Source: Lytechinus pictus
Taxonomy: Eukaryota
NCBI RefSeq assembly: GCF_037042905.1
Contig: NC_087257.1
Span: forward strand, 16,554,001-16,618,000
DNA: 64,000 nucleotides
Direction of reading: 5' to 3'
The translations under genes were made by a program, and so were the position numbers. Under the pieces are notes generated by a model. It searched no databases and was not told the DNA's origin. It worked only from the letters and a program-made list of their open reading frames with translations. Positions 35,834-48,843 of this stretch are shown here, one piece after another. Each line of letters starts with the position of its first letter. The stretch's first letter is position 1.

Positions 35834-38800
35834 TTACGATAAAGACAATTGACTCAAATACACAGCCGCTGATAGTGCAGTGGTGAGCCACGCCCAACAA
35901 TTAGTGTTGCTATAGTATCGGGACACGCCCATCGATTCCATGGTATTATAGGCCACCTCTCTACCAGTGTATTTGTTGCAGAAGTTGTCCCGACAGCACG
36001 CTTTGCAGTTGCCCGAATGGGCGAGTTCACGGCAAGTAGATTCCTCGGTACAGTCGAACTGCCGTGTGCAGTCACGCTTGGTGTAGACATGGACTCCAGC
36101 CGCCATCATAACTTCCGTCTGAAAAGGAAAAAAATAAGAAGAAATATTATGGAAGCTTAAAAGTGCCACCCATATGTTCATAATCATAATCATCTCGTCG
36201 TGTCTACATCTCTTAGGGAAAAGGATAAGATGAAGAGATCTCAGATCTCGTCATGTCTATATCCCGTGTGAGAGATGATCAGATGACAAGATCTTGGATC
36301 TCGTCATACCTACATCTTATAGAAGAGATGATCAGATGGCAAAATCTCGGATCTCGTCATGTCTACATTCTGTGGGAGAGATGATCATTTTCCCTAAGAG
36401 ATGTAGACATGACGAGATGATTATATGAACATCTGGGTGGCACTTTTAAGCTTCCATAGAAATATCATATTATAAGCAATGATCATTCCAATAAGGTAAG
36501 GTAAAAGCCTCCTGCTATTCTGTCAAATAATAATTTAAAAGAATAAACACAATGTTCTTTCACCTTGTTAGTTTACTTTTCCTCAAAGGGTCCTCAAATG
36601 GTCCTCAAATTGTGTGTTTTCAATGTTGTGTACTACTTTGTATTTTTGTTTCGAACAGAATATTTGCAGATTCCAATGATGTTCAAATAAATTCAGTTCA
36701 CTTCAATTCACAAATTTATTTGACAGCAGATAATGATGAAGAAGAAGACGACGAAGAGGAGGAAGAAGAAGAAGAAGGAGATGAAAAAGAAGGAGTAGAA
36801 GAAGAAGAAGAAAACAAAAGAAGAAGAAGGAGTGAAAATTAGACTACTTGGAAGTTTCACTAGATGTCAGGAAGCCCAGTAAATATTGAATGAAGTGACC
36901 CTATTGGACCAAATAGATTAATTCGGTTAACCCGTGATGATGTTAGACGATTTGACCATCACTTCTGCTCGTAGACAAACCCCTATAAAGGGGGTGGGGT
37001 GCATGTATATGAGTCTATAGGCCTAATAGAAAATTTACCAGGGATGCTTAATTGAATCGACCGTTTCCGTACCCCCCTCCCGCCACTAGCACCTATTTTA
37101 TAAGGTATATTTATCATGTGAAGGCAACCAATGATGAGGTTACAATGAATCAATGAATAACTGTAGGTATTCATGAAGTATTAACCCAGACGGGGACACA
37201 TCCCTGGCATTCATAATGCCAAAGCAACACGCACAGACCCAATGAATGATACGAACAACGCTATTGTTTCGAACTTTACATTCATCGATGTAGTGTATGT
37301 AGTCGGCTACCGTCGCGATGATGAGCGATGTGACTGGGGACTTATAATCATTAACCCCGCAGATGTCATCCATATTTTAGTAACCCGGTCGCCAAGACAG
37401 ATCCAGTGATACAATCCACGTGACATCGCAATGGACCGTGCATATTTCGGACGATAAATTTGTATCTCATGCGTTTTTAGTTTCGGGACACGCAGAAAAT
37501 ATCAGGTAAGGCTTTATTGAAGATCTTTAATTGGAAGAGTTTAGTGACATCTGTAACTGACATTGTTCAGTGGAATCTTTAATTGAAAAAGTTCAGTGAA
37601 ATATTTAATTGGAAGAGTTCAGTGATTTTTTTTATTATTGAAAGAGTTCAGTGCAAACTTTAATTGCAAGAGATCAGCGCAGTTCCGCAAATCTGTAATT
37701 GGAAGATTTCAGTGAAAGTCAATTTATTGTTAGATTTTAGTGAATCTTTAATTGGAAGAGTTTAGGGGTGAAAGCCACTGACGTACAGATGGGGGGGGGG
37801 GGGGCTTGGTGGCCATGGACTCCTCCCAAAGTTTTTATGACTAAGAAAATAAAACATGGGGAAAGGGGGAAAAGGGAAAAGGTGGATTGCAAATCTAATT
37901 GTGTTACAGATTTTGACAAAATGACCTAAAATTTTACAACTTTTCTGTTAAAATCTCGTCTTGATTTTCCAGGTGTTTCTCGATCGTGATTTTTTTTATG
38001 GGGGGGGGGGGGGGCAACAGCCCCAATGGCCCCATCTGTATGCCAATGGTGAATATTTGGGTCATAATATTTGAACTTACAAAGCAGTAGGTGTCACATT
38101 CAATGGCTACGAGGTCAATAGGTGAAAGGTCGCAGGTCGAGTTTGGGGATAACATGGACATACACCGGAAGCACTTGAAACAAGTTGAATAATCGAATAA
38201 ACCTGATAGAAGGAAAAAAAACACAGTAGAACGGTAATGCATTTTTAAATTTCATTATAGACATAAAACGATAATGAAAGCTGACTATCATAGCGACACA
38301 TTGGTAGCACCCAAGTCGGGGACATTGTGATGACCGTCGACCCCCATGAGAAGGGAAGAGAAATAGGGAACAAAAAGGGGGGGGAATCATTATTTTAAAT
38401 GCATATATCGTTCTCCCAGATGATGCACCACACTAAGGCCTACTTGAGCCCCCCCCCCCCCCCCATATAAGAACAATGGAAATAATCTTCGTGACGATAT
38501 CGCTTCTGGAATAGTTAATATTTCCGATAGTGATAACAGCAGAAGAAATAATTAATAAAAAATTCGAACTTACTTTGCTAGACATTGTGCAATCCTACAT
38601 TAAAAAAATGAAAATGCGATATACATTCTTCGTAACTATGACTTGTGTGTACTTGGATCCCCCCATTTTTTCTTATTAAGAAAACGAACATTCTGAGTTT
38701 TCAAATCTTTGGAAAAACGTGTTGCAACCATCATAAAATAGATTGGCTCTGTTTTGTTTTGTTATTGTTTGTTTTTTGTTTGTTTGGTTTTTTTGTATTA

Positions 38801-40052
38801 TTTTCATTTCCAAGTAAAGGAACAAGTCGCTGAGCCGCGTCACACACAAACCCCGACGCAAGCACCCGGAAAAGTTTGACAGATTTTCCCATTGCACCTA
38901 CACGTCTCCAAAACTCGACATGCTAGGGGTCTCATTCCACGTTCTGATGAAGATGGATGCATGCCGTCGAATAGCTTCCGAATATTCAATGTAAGTTCGA
39001 ATTTCGATTCGTAATCTAATGAGCTGTTAGTTAATTCTAACATGTAATATTCCAACTGGACTTTCTTATTATCTTGCCTGGAAATAAGATGAAAAAAAGA
39101 AGAAGAAAATGATGACTAAAATGGTAATCAACGTGTTTTTACAATGTAATAGCATTAAGAACATTAAAGGACAAGTCCATCCCAAAAATGTTGGTTTCAT
39201 TAAAAAGAGAAAAATCAAACAAGCATAAAACTGAAAATTTCATCAAAATCGGATGTAAAATAAGAAAGTTATGATATTTTAAAATTTTGTTTTTAATTTC
39301 ATGAAATAGTATACTCACATCCTGGTAGGTATGCAAATGAGGAAACTGATGACATCATCAACTCACTATTTCTTTTGTATTTCATTACATGGAATATGAA
39401 AAATTCTTATTTTCTCCTCATTGTCATGTCAAACGAATTTTTATTCCTCTCTTAACATTATGTAATTATCATTTCTTTGAACATTTTGTGGTTCAAACAA
39501 AAGGGTCCTTGTTGTCAAATCTGTAAAAATAATATTATACAATTCAAACAATAAGAAACAAAAGAAACGGTGAGTGATGGACATTATCAACACTCTCATT
39601 TGCATATCACGTAGTTGTACATGATTTTTTTGTGAAAACAAAACATAGTTGTACATAACTGTTTTGTGAAAAAATCGAAACTTTAAAATATCATAACTTT
39701 CTTATTGTATTCCGATTTTGGTGAATTTTCAGTGTAATGCTTCTTTGATTATTATCTTTTTATTCAAATCAACATTTTCTGGGGTGGACTTGACCTTTAA
39801 CAATGGCAAATTAAGTAGGATACGCATTAGTTATACATTCTAAAATTATGTAAAATCCATTTTGATTATCCCCGATATTGCACCTCATTGGTGAACGGTG
39901 ATAAATTTGCATTGATGCATAAAACGATTATCATGATAATAACGTTACCGACCCTTTGAATAAAAAAAAAACACATAAATAATAGATTCCCCATGTATTT
40001 ACTTACCGAGAAACACAATCAAAACAAGCGTCAAATGTCCTCCAAATATCAT
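35834..40052 (-). CDS. Ly6/uPAR (three-finger, LU-domain) GPI-anchored protein, 150 aa; exons 40052-40007, 38202-38081, 36118-35834
   Basis: Signal exon MIFGGHLTLVLIVFL (phase 1), CFKCFRC...C...CDTYC exon, terminal exon with RDC...CCRDNFCN and hydrophobic C-terminus; typical Ly6 three-exon layout. Confidence 0.85.
36148..36458. mobile_element. Foldback MITE (P-element-like, 7-bp TSD)
   Basis: ~85-bp TIR TATGGAAGCTTAAAAGTGCCACCCA; TSD GAAATAT; internal ~50-bp repeats. Confidence 0.75.
37520..37765. repeat. Minisatellite (~25-bp CTTTAATTGGAAGAGTTCAGTGAA unit)
   Basis: Degenerate tandem copies in Ly6 intron 2. Confidence 0.8.
39168..39796. mobile_element. Kolobok-like MITE
   Basis: TTAA-AGGACAAGTCCAYCCC...GGGGTGGACTTGACCT-TTAA. 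Confidence 0.75.
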
Positions 40053-41969
40053 TTTCAAAATTGAAACTACATGTAGCAAAGAATTGAAATCAAAAGTTTT
40101 ATCCTTGGACAAGTCCAGCTATTTTTATTGCATGGAAGGTGCATAACGGGAAATGCAGACGACACAGCACGAGATGTTGCTATCGATAACAGTCTTCATG
40201 CGAGGGATGCTTTGGCGGGTTTATTGTTATCGCGGGCTCGGCTGGACATCATCTCGCGGCTCGTTCATTGGAAGTATATGTGATGACGTCGTGATCGAGT
40301 CTCGGGGGGATCGAGAGACACCTTACTTTCCAACATCGCCCGCCTGCCCGGTCCAGACCCGCACTACCTCCAGAAAAACAGCGACATCCGTGACAATCTA
40401 ATGAATAAACAATTCTAAGCGAACAGGCATAAGAATTGATGTGACGATTGCTTTCTCCAATATTGGAAGCCATTTTCAAGCTTGTCTGGATATCACATCG
40501 AGAAAATGAGTAGATACAACTTATTGGAAACTTTTTGTAACGCAAGGATTGATAATATTTAATATTGGCCTAATCAGACTGTAAAATAACTNNNNNNNNN
40601 NNNNNNNNNNNNNNNNNNNNNNNNNNNNNNNNNNNNNNNNNNNNNNNNNNNNNNNNNNNNNNNNNNNNNNNNNNNNNNNNNNNNNNNNNNNNNNNNNNNN
40701 NNNNNNNNNNNNNNNNNNNNNNNNNNNNNNNNNNNNNNNNNNNNNNNNNNNNNNNNNNNNNNNNNNNNNNNNNNNNNNNNNNNNNNNNNNNNNNNNNNNN
40801 NNNNNNNNNNNNNNNNNNNNNNNNNNNNNNNNNNNNNNNNNNNNNNNNNNNNNNNNNNNNNNNNNNNNNNNNNNNNNNNNNNNNNNNNNNNNNNNNNNNN
40901 NNNNNNNNNNNNNNNNNNNNNNNNNNNNNNNNNNNNNNNNNNNNNNNNNNNNNNNNNNNNNNNNNNNNNNNNNNNNNNNNNNNNNNNNNNNNNNNNNNNN
41001 NNNNNNNNNNNNNNNNNNNNNNNNNNNNNNNNNNNNNNNNNNNNNNNNNNNNNNNNNNNNNNNNNNNNNNNNNNNNNNNNNNNNNNNNNNNNNNNNNNNN
41101 NNNNNNNNNNNNNNNNNNNNNNNNNNNNNNNNNNNNNNNNNNNNNNNNNNNNNNNNNNNNNNNNNNNNNNNNNNNNNNNNNNNNNNNNNNNNNNNNNNNN
41201 NNNNNNNNNNNTACAACTGCTCCTACTAGTAACACATCTACTAATCCGTTACTACTGCTTCTTTGCTCTTACTAAAAGCAGCAGGAGGGGGATAAGGGGG
41301 TATCCGTAGCAAAATGATGGTGCATAATTAAAAAAAAAGATCTGTATTCTACCTTCAATGATAATAAGTTCGCACGGGCAACATAATCGTGATTAGTCTT
41401 CATTTATTTTTCATTTTAATGACATACCGACCCACAGTCGTTAAATCTAAATGAACAGACATGGAAAATACTGCATAGACTTTACTATCTGATATATATT
41501 GCATGTTCCATGTATAATTGATTGTATGGTGATGAAAGCGATGGGTATGAGAAATTCTATAGGGGGACGTTGAAGAAGGTTTGTCAGAAGGGGATGGGAG
41601 GGGGTAATCAAGCAGGGAGAAGGGAAAATGGGCGTGGACAAAAAATATTTTGTTACCATGGCTATGGCGCGGATGAAACACTTCTTGGGACTCTTTTTCA
41701 GTTATCGACTTTCGTGGGTGACCCCCCCCCCCCGCCACCACCGCCACCACCCCCTTCCACTGTTTCCCTTGCGACAAACCATGATAAGAAAGAGAATAAA
41801 TATATTGCATGGAAATTGGGAAAGTAAAAAAGGAGGCGATTATTAAGAGATGGGTTATCAATTAAAAATTATCCAAGTAATTTCAATATATCCATCAGCA
41901 TAATTATTTCTAAATTTAGTGCATTATGGAGTATTAAGGGAGAATTTGGAAGAGGCCAAAAAGAGGAAA

Positions 41970-42017
<48 letters not shown>

Positions 42018-43565
42018 GGGTGGAAAGAGGGAGGGGGTGGGTGAGGGGGTGATAACTAATTTTTTTTGTTTTAATAACAAGATCAAAACAATGTGAATGG
42101 AAAAAAACTTCCATCTCTCGGCCCCCTTTCTTTTCCTCTCCCCTCCTATCTCCCTTTCTTTCTCTCATTCACTCCTTCACTCCCTCTATCTTAAAACCCC
42201 ATCGGACCCGCTGAGCCACGGATCATGATTATTTCATTATTATTCATCAAACTATTCCACCAGGAGGAGTTAATAATACAAAGACCTAGACATATCCATT
42301 CCAAGATAATACTCTGCTCCCAAATGATTCGAGGAATACATTAACCTATGAAAGAAGAATGGGGGGGGGGGTGACAGAGAGGGTGGAATAGAGGGGTGGG
42401 AGGGGAACGTAAAGATATCCTTCAATATCGAGGATGGAAATTTAGACAGAAGGGGGAGGGGAGAGAAAAGGGCGGATAGAGAGGGGGCGAAGATTGCAAA
42501 GAGGCTGAGAGATTACAAAGAAATGAAGGGAAGAAAGATGGATGGATAAATTGAAAGAGAGATAATTGTTTTAATTGATACAATAATTATTATCATTAGT
42601 ATCATCGTCATTGTAACTGATTATTTATTACTGCCTTTGTTATTTTATCGACGGAGAGGACTGTAGAGATGGCACCTGCATAGTGATAGCGCAGGGAAAA
42701 GGGGCTAAAATAAATTAAAAACACAAATGGACATTCCTGGAATTACAGATAATTGTTAACATTACCCAATAATTCTAATTTTTTTCATTATGATAATCAT
42801 CATTGTTTATTACAAATATTTTTTATGTGGGTTTTAATTATTTTATTAACATAGGTTTTGCACCATTATGCAAAATTTCAACGATCGATGTTACTCCTTT
42901 TTCATTGTATTTTTAGTATTATTTCAATCATCGCAATCAACACCAACATCACCATGAGTATATGCCATTATCACTATTACCTACCATCAGCACCACGACC
43001 ACAATAAGCCTATCACAGCCTTCATTATAATCATCATTGCAATTAATGTAATTACAACATCACCATGATGGTGATGATGATCATTATCATCACCACCACG
43101 ACCAACAGCACCACCATCATCATCATCATCACCATCATCATCAGTATCTAAATCAAGATCACCATCATCATCATTTGAATCGTAGGAGCATTTGCTTTAT
43201 CCCCTTAAATCAAGAGAAGAATAAACTACTACAACAGCAGAAAATATACTTATATCAGTCTTTTGTTTTTGAAATGTTCTTGCTTCTTTATATGAGCCTA
43301 TTCTTTCTTTTCACATCGTGGAAGACTGTTTTCTTACTTTTTCATGGGCTTTCTATAAGGCTAATCATCCTTCCAAGTGCCACTGCTGGTTTTGAAGCTT
43401 ACCCCAGATCTTAAATTTGATATGTAGAGTGACAAACAGGAATCCGTCCTCGTTTTAACTGACAATGACACCTTTTTTTTCCCGAGTGCTTTATACGAGA
43501 AGGCTCTGGAATCGTTTTAATCTTCATATCCCGTGGCTTACTAGCTTCATCTGGTACATGATCTG

Positions 43566-43710
43566 GGGCCCGTTGCAGAAAGAGTTGCAATCAAACGCAA
43601 CTCTAAAAATCATACGCAACTTGATTTTCAGCCAATCAGCAGCGAGCATTTTGGACTTGCGATTGACTTTTTGACTTGCGTTTAAACGCAACTCTTTCTG
43701 CAACGGACCC
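43566..43710. mobile_element. Harbinger-like MITE
   Basis: TIR GGGCCCGTTGCAGAAAGAGTTGC with CWG flanks. Confidence 0.7.
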
Positions 43711-44499
43711 CAGGCTCGGAGTTAAGAGTCCTCTTTTGGACGAGAACTTCTAACGTCTTCAGCTACCAATTCTAGGCTCAAAGAAGGTCTGTTCTGGGCC
43801 TGCCTTCACCAGAATGAATGTGTCTAATATTTGTGGCTAGAGAGTTGCTTTTTTCTCTCGTCAACATTCTTTGTAAAGTTCTGTGTATCGAAACATTAGT
43901 TCGTTGTAAATTCGAAAGCCAACTTTCAGCTGACATTGATCTCTGTCACGTAGATGCGATCGGGTAACGGTATATGAAACCTCCGTGCAGGGAATTAACA
44001 TGTTCTAATCTAAGCGATAAGTATGGAATCATTGTAATATTCTGTGCTTCTTGGTCTGTGAACGCATAAGATCCAGTCTTTATTGAACAATGATTCCCCT
44101 CGAACTATATATAGTCATCTTATTCTCCACCGAGCATCGAAGAGCTGCTGCTATGTTTTGGCCATCTTTGATTCCTTCTTTGAGTGGCTAGTGTAACCTA
44201 CTTTTCCATAGGTCTGCCATCTAGGAGTTGCTCGTGTCACATCTTCCACTTGACTCATCTTCTTTGAGCAGCTAGTTTTGCCCTACTTTCCCAGAACTTA
44301 ATAATATTGGTCTCCATGGTCTGGATTTTAGGAATTAATCTCCATGTCCTTCTACTTGACACTTTTGTAAGGGCAAGTGGTTAGCTTTTTCTTTGCCCAG
44401 TTAACCTTGATCTTCGGCTTCTATGTCTGGAAATGCATGTACCTGTCCGTTATGAGAGTAGCGAGTATCCTTAGACAGGACGTAGCAGAATCAAGGTGT

Positions 44500-45081
44500 C
44501 CATCAGCCGGACTATCTTGTCTCGATCACAAGAAGCATTCATCGGAGCACGAGGTTTTTCCTTGCTCGATGCAGAAGGACGTACTCTCCCATAGTTTCGC
44601 TGCTTCTGTCCTGGGTAAGAGTCATTCACCAGAGTGCAGAAGAATCATGATGGCTAGCTGGCTGCAATCTGGCCCATATCTCATTTTTAAGAGCTCATTA
44701 TTCGAAAAAGCTCCTCCTCGCCTAGTCTACTGCATCATCTTCTGCCATGACTTGAACCAGGCCCTCCTAAGAAGACAACGTTCTGCGCAGGTCTCCTTCA
44801 CCAGGGTGTAGTGGAAACTGTCAATGGGTCTCTCTGTCATAGTGGCTTTCATCAGGTCGAACTCTTTATCAGCCTTTCTCAGAGAAGCCAAAGGTCTCTC
44901 GTTCTTCTTTGCACAATCGACTGCATCATCTTCTTCAGCCAGGCCTTGAACTGATCTCTCCTAAGAGGACTATGTTCTAGATGTGCAGGTCTCCTTCACC
45001 AGGATATTTTGGAAGCTGTCAAGGTTTCGCTCTGTCATTGTGGCTGTCATCAGGTCGGATTCTTCATCAGCCTTCATCAAT
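44500..45081 (-). repeat. Decaying tandem copies of the terminal exon 3' of paralogue B
   Basis: Repeated CTGCATCATCTTCT / CAGGTCTCCTTCACCAGG blocks at ~45085, 44921, 44730. Confidence 0.85.
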
Positions 45082-47941
45082 CTACTGCATCATCTTCTTC
45101 TGCCAGGCCTTGAATTGAGCCCTCCTGAGAAGACTTTGCTCAGTACAGGTCTCCTTCACCAGGATGTAGTGGAAGCTGTCAAGGGCTCTCTCTGTCATAG
45201 TGGCTGTCATCAGGTCGAATTCTTCCTCAGCCTTCTTCATAGAAGCCAAATGTTTCTCGCTCCTCTTTGCATTGTCCTTTAAACAAACAAAAGGGAGAAA
45301 TGCTCCACTTATTAGTTTATACCAATATTCCAGGACACGTTTTCAGATATAATTCATTTTGAATAAAAGATATATATTTTAGAATAATATCGCATATTAA
45401 ACGTCTTGGCAGTTGTAATCCTGTTTTTCGGAAATATACACACATACTTCTCAAGCGAAGTGTGGGGTAGTTTTGCTCTAATGTTTTTATCGCGATGTTT
45501 TTCTTTCATCAACATTAAATTTCAAAATCACGGCAAATTAAACAATTTTCCTCTTTATTTTTTTACTACATAAAATACTTTTATTAACTTTTAGATTCAG
45601 TATGGATTGCTTTTATATCCACTTACATTCATTGCAAGAACTTTGTTGGCCACCCAGACGTCATCAGTTTCGTTGATGACGTCACGTTCGCTCCACCCCT
45701 CCTTGGCAATGATTGATGTCACTTTGCTGAGAGTCTTTAGTTGTTGATTCTGCTCTTCGTTATCGCTGAAGTCGATCTCAAAGGCCATGCCTTCCTTTGC
45801 GTGACGTGTGCAGCTCATGGTTGTGATCGGTGGACCGGGCAAAGACATCTCTGATGGTTCGCTATCTGCAGAAGGAGCTAGATAATCATGGTCCGTTGTG
45901 ATCTCGAATGCCACGCCCCCTTTGCTGACTTTGACATCTGCTTCTACATCTGTGATTGGGTCAGAATTATTTGCAACCTCAAATGCAACACCCCCAGGGC
46001 GCGCCTTGATTTGAGTGATGTGAGCAGTAGTATCCTCGTCTGTATGATGATCTGCATAGAAAATAAAACAGAAGAAAAAAAACATGTTATTATTCCTCTG
46101 AAAATTCTGAGCTTGAACAACAGCCTTAATCTTGTAATTCGACAAGCTTGTTACATTTTGTTTATTATACTATCCCATATTTCGTAACTTCCGTATCATA
46201 ACCACCTTTTGTCATCTTCCTCCGATGAATAATGTCTTCTTATTGTGTTACTTCTCTTGACAAAGAAATAAAAGTCTTACCAATAACAAGGATGTCACAG
46301 TTCTTCTCGACTTCACAGCTCTTCTTGACTTTTCCTGGTGGGTATGACATGGAGTGTGGCTTTTGTGTGCTGTCATTGTCGTCGTCGAAGTCGGGCTCGC
46401 TGTCACCAAGAACACTGCTGGCCAAGAGTCGTTCTTTAAATGAGCGATAGAAATTGGTAAGAGGCAACAGAGTGTTAACATGCATGGGTCAAATATCAAA
46501 TGTAAATGAATAATAAATATATGAAAAATAAATAATTAATTAATTGATTAATTGATAAAGAAATAAATATTCTTTAAAAATGAAAAGAAATAAATATGTA
46601 GATAAATAAATGATTATACAAATGAATAAATGAGTGTATGAATGAATGAATGAATAAAGCAGGAGATACTCTTTGTACATATCAGATACAGATTTAGATT
46701 ACATCTAAATTCACTAATATCTTTCACACGCAAAATATGCATTAATCTTCTTGATGGAATTATATATTTTTCATCATATGAATGGAGCTATTATGATCAT
46801 AAACCTGATTAAAATAATAAGCGTATAATAAAAAATGGTAAAGTAAAAAATATTTTGGCAATACGAAACATTGTAGAGATTGTAGAAGAACGAAAGGGAA
46901 AGATGCGAAATCTGGAGCTGCCCATTTCTGTCAAAAAGTTATGAATTCAAAGCCAAACATACCGATTGTTGCAAAAATTACAGATTATTTTTCTAATTAT
47001 TTTTTTTATTTATCAATTTCATCACAAAAATATCTCATTCACGTGTGAAGGGCCGCCCTTTCACAGGTACCCACCAACTCCCCTTCAAAAACATATTTTA
47101 TTCATGTTCTATATCATTGATATTTCATTGACTTACGATAAGCCAAGAATTCTTCCGCGTTGATTGTCTTGTCTCTCGGATAGGATGTCGAAGGCTGGTC
47201 GATGTCGGTATAGATATCGGAGAAATTGATCGGTGCCACCTGTTTACAATATCACATAATAGCTTGATTCATGAATACCATTTTGATTATATTTATCATA
47301 ATGCAACCCGGGATTCCACCCCCCCCCCCTCCCTTGGAAATTGTCTGATAGAGCCACTTGGTTGTGGAAAAAAAGTATTTTCTTCACCCACTTCCTTTTG
47401 TCTCGTTTGATATGTTTCTTTTTTCCTTCTCTCTTTCTGTCAATATATTTCTTAATTTCTCTCTCATACTCTCCCTCTCTCTCTCTCTCTGATCACCCGC
47501 CATCCATCCAACTCTTTCTTTACGTTTCTCGCCCCTTTCATGTTTTGTACGGTCATGCCGTCCTCTTTTTAAATGTTCCTATGTTATTTCTTTTTAGTTT
47601 TACCCTTATAATATCTGGTTATTTCACTTTTTTTGTTTCACATTGATCGTTGATGTAAAAAGAGAAGTGTACACAAAGGCGTGAGTATAAAGTTTTATTC
47701 AAAGTTAATGCGAATATAAAAAAATCTAACTTGGTCATAATATGACTATTATTCTCATGATCCCCCCCCCCCCCCTCTCCCCAATTGCAATTTGAACTTT
47801 TCTTACTTTATTCCTCCTGCGGAACACCTTGGTTAAAGCCTTCAACAATGATCTCCCATTACGCTTTTGGCGCCGAGTTTGTGATGTATCTACCACCAGA
47901 CCCATTGGTAGAGGACATACTTTAGAATTTGTACATCCCAT
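45082..47941 (-). CDS. Paralogue B of the MGCTNSK / GVAFE-repeat protein, 336 aa; exons 47941-47807, 47239-47137, 46433-46281, 46051-45627, 45276-45082
   Basis: Five GT-AG exons join in frame (1011 nt); exon length differences from paralogue A are all multiples of 3; same stop codon position. Confidence 0.85.
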
Positions 47942-48095
47942 GATGAAGATTTTTAAAATTCCGAAGATTTGTAAAGAAATAATCAGAGAAACCGCTGAAT
48001 GCAAGTTCACTCGGAGAAAATCATTACAATAATCATTGTGATAATGATTGGGCGTTCCCAGGGTGACCCATAGCGCGTGTCTAGTTTCATGCATG

Positions 48096-48150
48096 TGACG
48101 TCACATTGGATGCTCTTCGCGCTTACATGCGGTTTCATTGCGCATGCGTA
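48096..48150 (-). promoter_or_regulatory. Promoter motifs of paralogue B (CRE TGACGTCA and NRF1-like TGCGCATGCG)
   Basis: Positionally equivalent to the motifs upstream of paralogue A. Confidence 0.45.
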
Positions 48151-48342
48151 TCATACTTAATCAAAAGAATAAATAAGTTATTGTAAAATAAAGTATTTGG
48201 AATTGGCATCAATGCATTCGAGTCGTCCTTTTTTTAAGATCTTTAATTTTCCAAAAATGTGCATGAGAGCTCATTTTGAAAAATAAAATATCAAATATTT
48301 CAATTTTTACAGATTTGATATTAAATGACTCTTCATTTAATC

Positions 48343-48843
48343 AGTACGGTTCATCTGTGGGGACTACAGCTCTCGAGAACCAGGTTCGATTACCAAGATG
48401 AGAGAGAATCTCAACCTGCCTACTCTTGCCTCAAGACGCCAAGTCCTGAAACTTACATCCTACTTCGAAGTGGTCGAGGGGTTGGTTCCTGCCCTTCCTG
48501 TTGATAAATTTCTTATTAAAGCAAGACCTAAACGTAATATCAAAGCTAAGAAATTTGTAAACTTTGATGTTACTAATGTGGTAGAGAAACAAGTAACAAA
48601 TAACTCCAAGTGTTTCTCAATAAGACATTGTAACACAGAGCAGTTAAGAAATTATTTTTTTGTGAATACAACGTTGGCCTGGAATCAACTCCCTAACGAA
48701 GTTGTCAGCAGTACATCACCAGAGGTGTTTAAAGCCAAGATTGAAGAAAGCCACCTACGTTTCGACTAAACTCATTTGCGCCCTCTCCTAACCCGGTGCA
48801 TTATACCTGACGGTCCTGCACTGTATTACATCCAGATCCAGAA
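48343..48843 (+). mobile_element. 5'-truncated CR1/L2-type LINE 3' end
   Basis: ORF2 C-terminal motifs (VRFICGDY...LNLPTLASRR...YFFVNTTLAWNQLP), short 3' UTR, CCAGAT-type tail. Confidence 0.8.

Noticed and set aside
36552-36842. Acidic poly-E ORF
   Set aside because: (GAA)n microsatellite within the Ly6 intron
40521-41235. 221-231 aa ORFs
   Set aside because: Assembly gap
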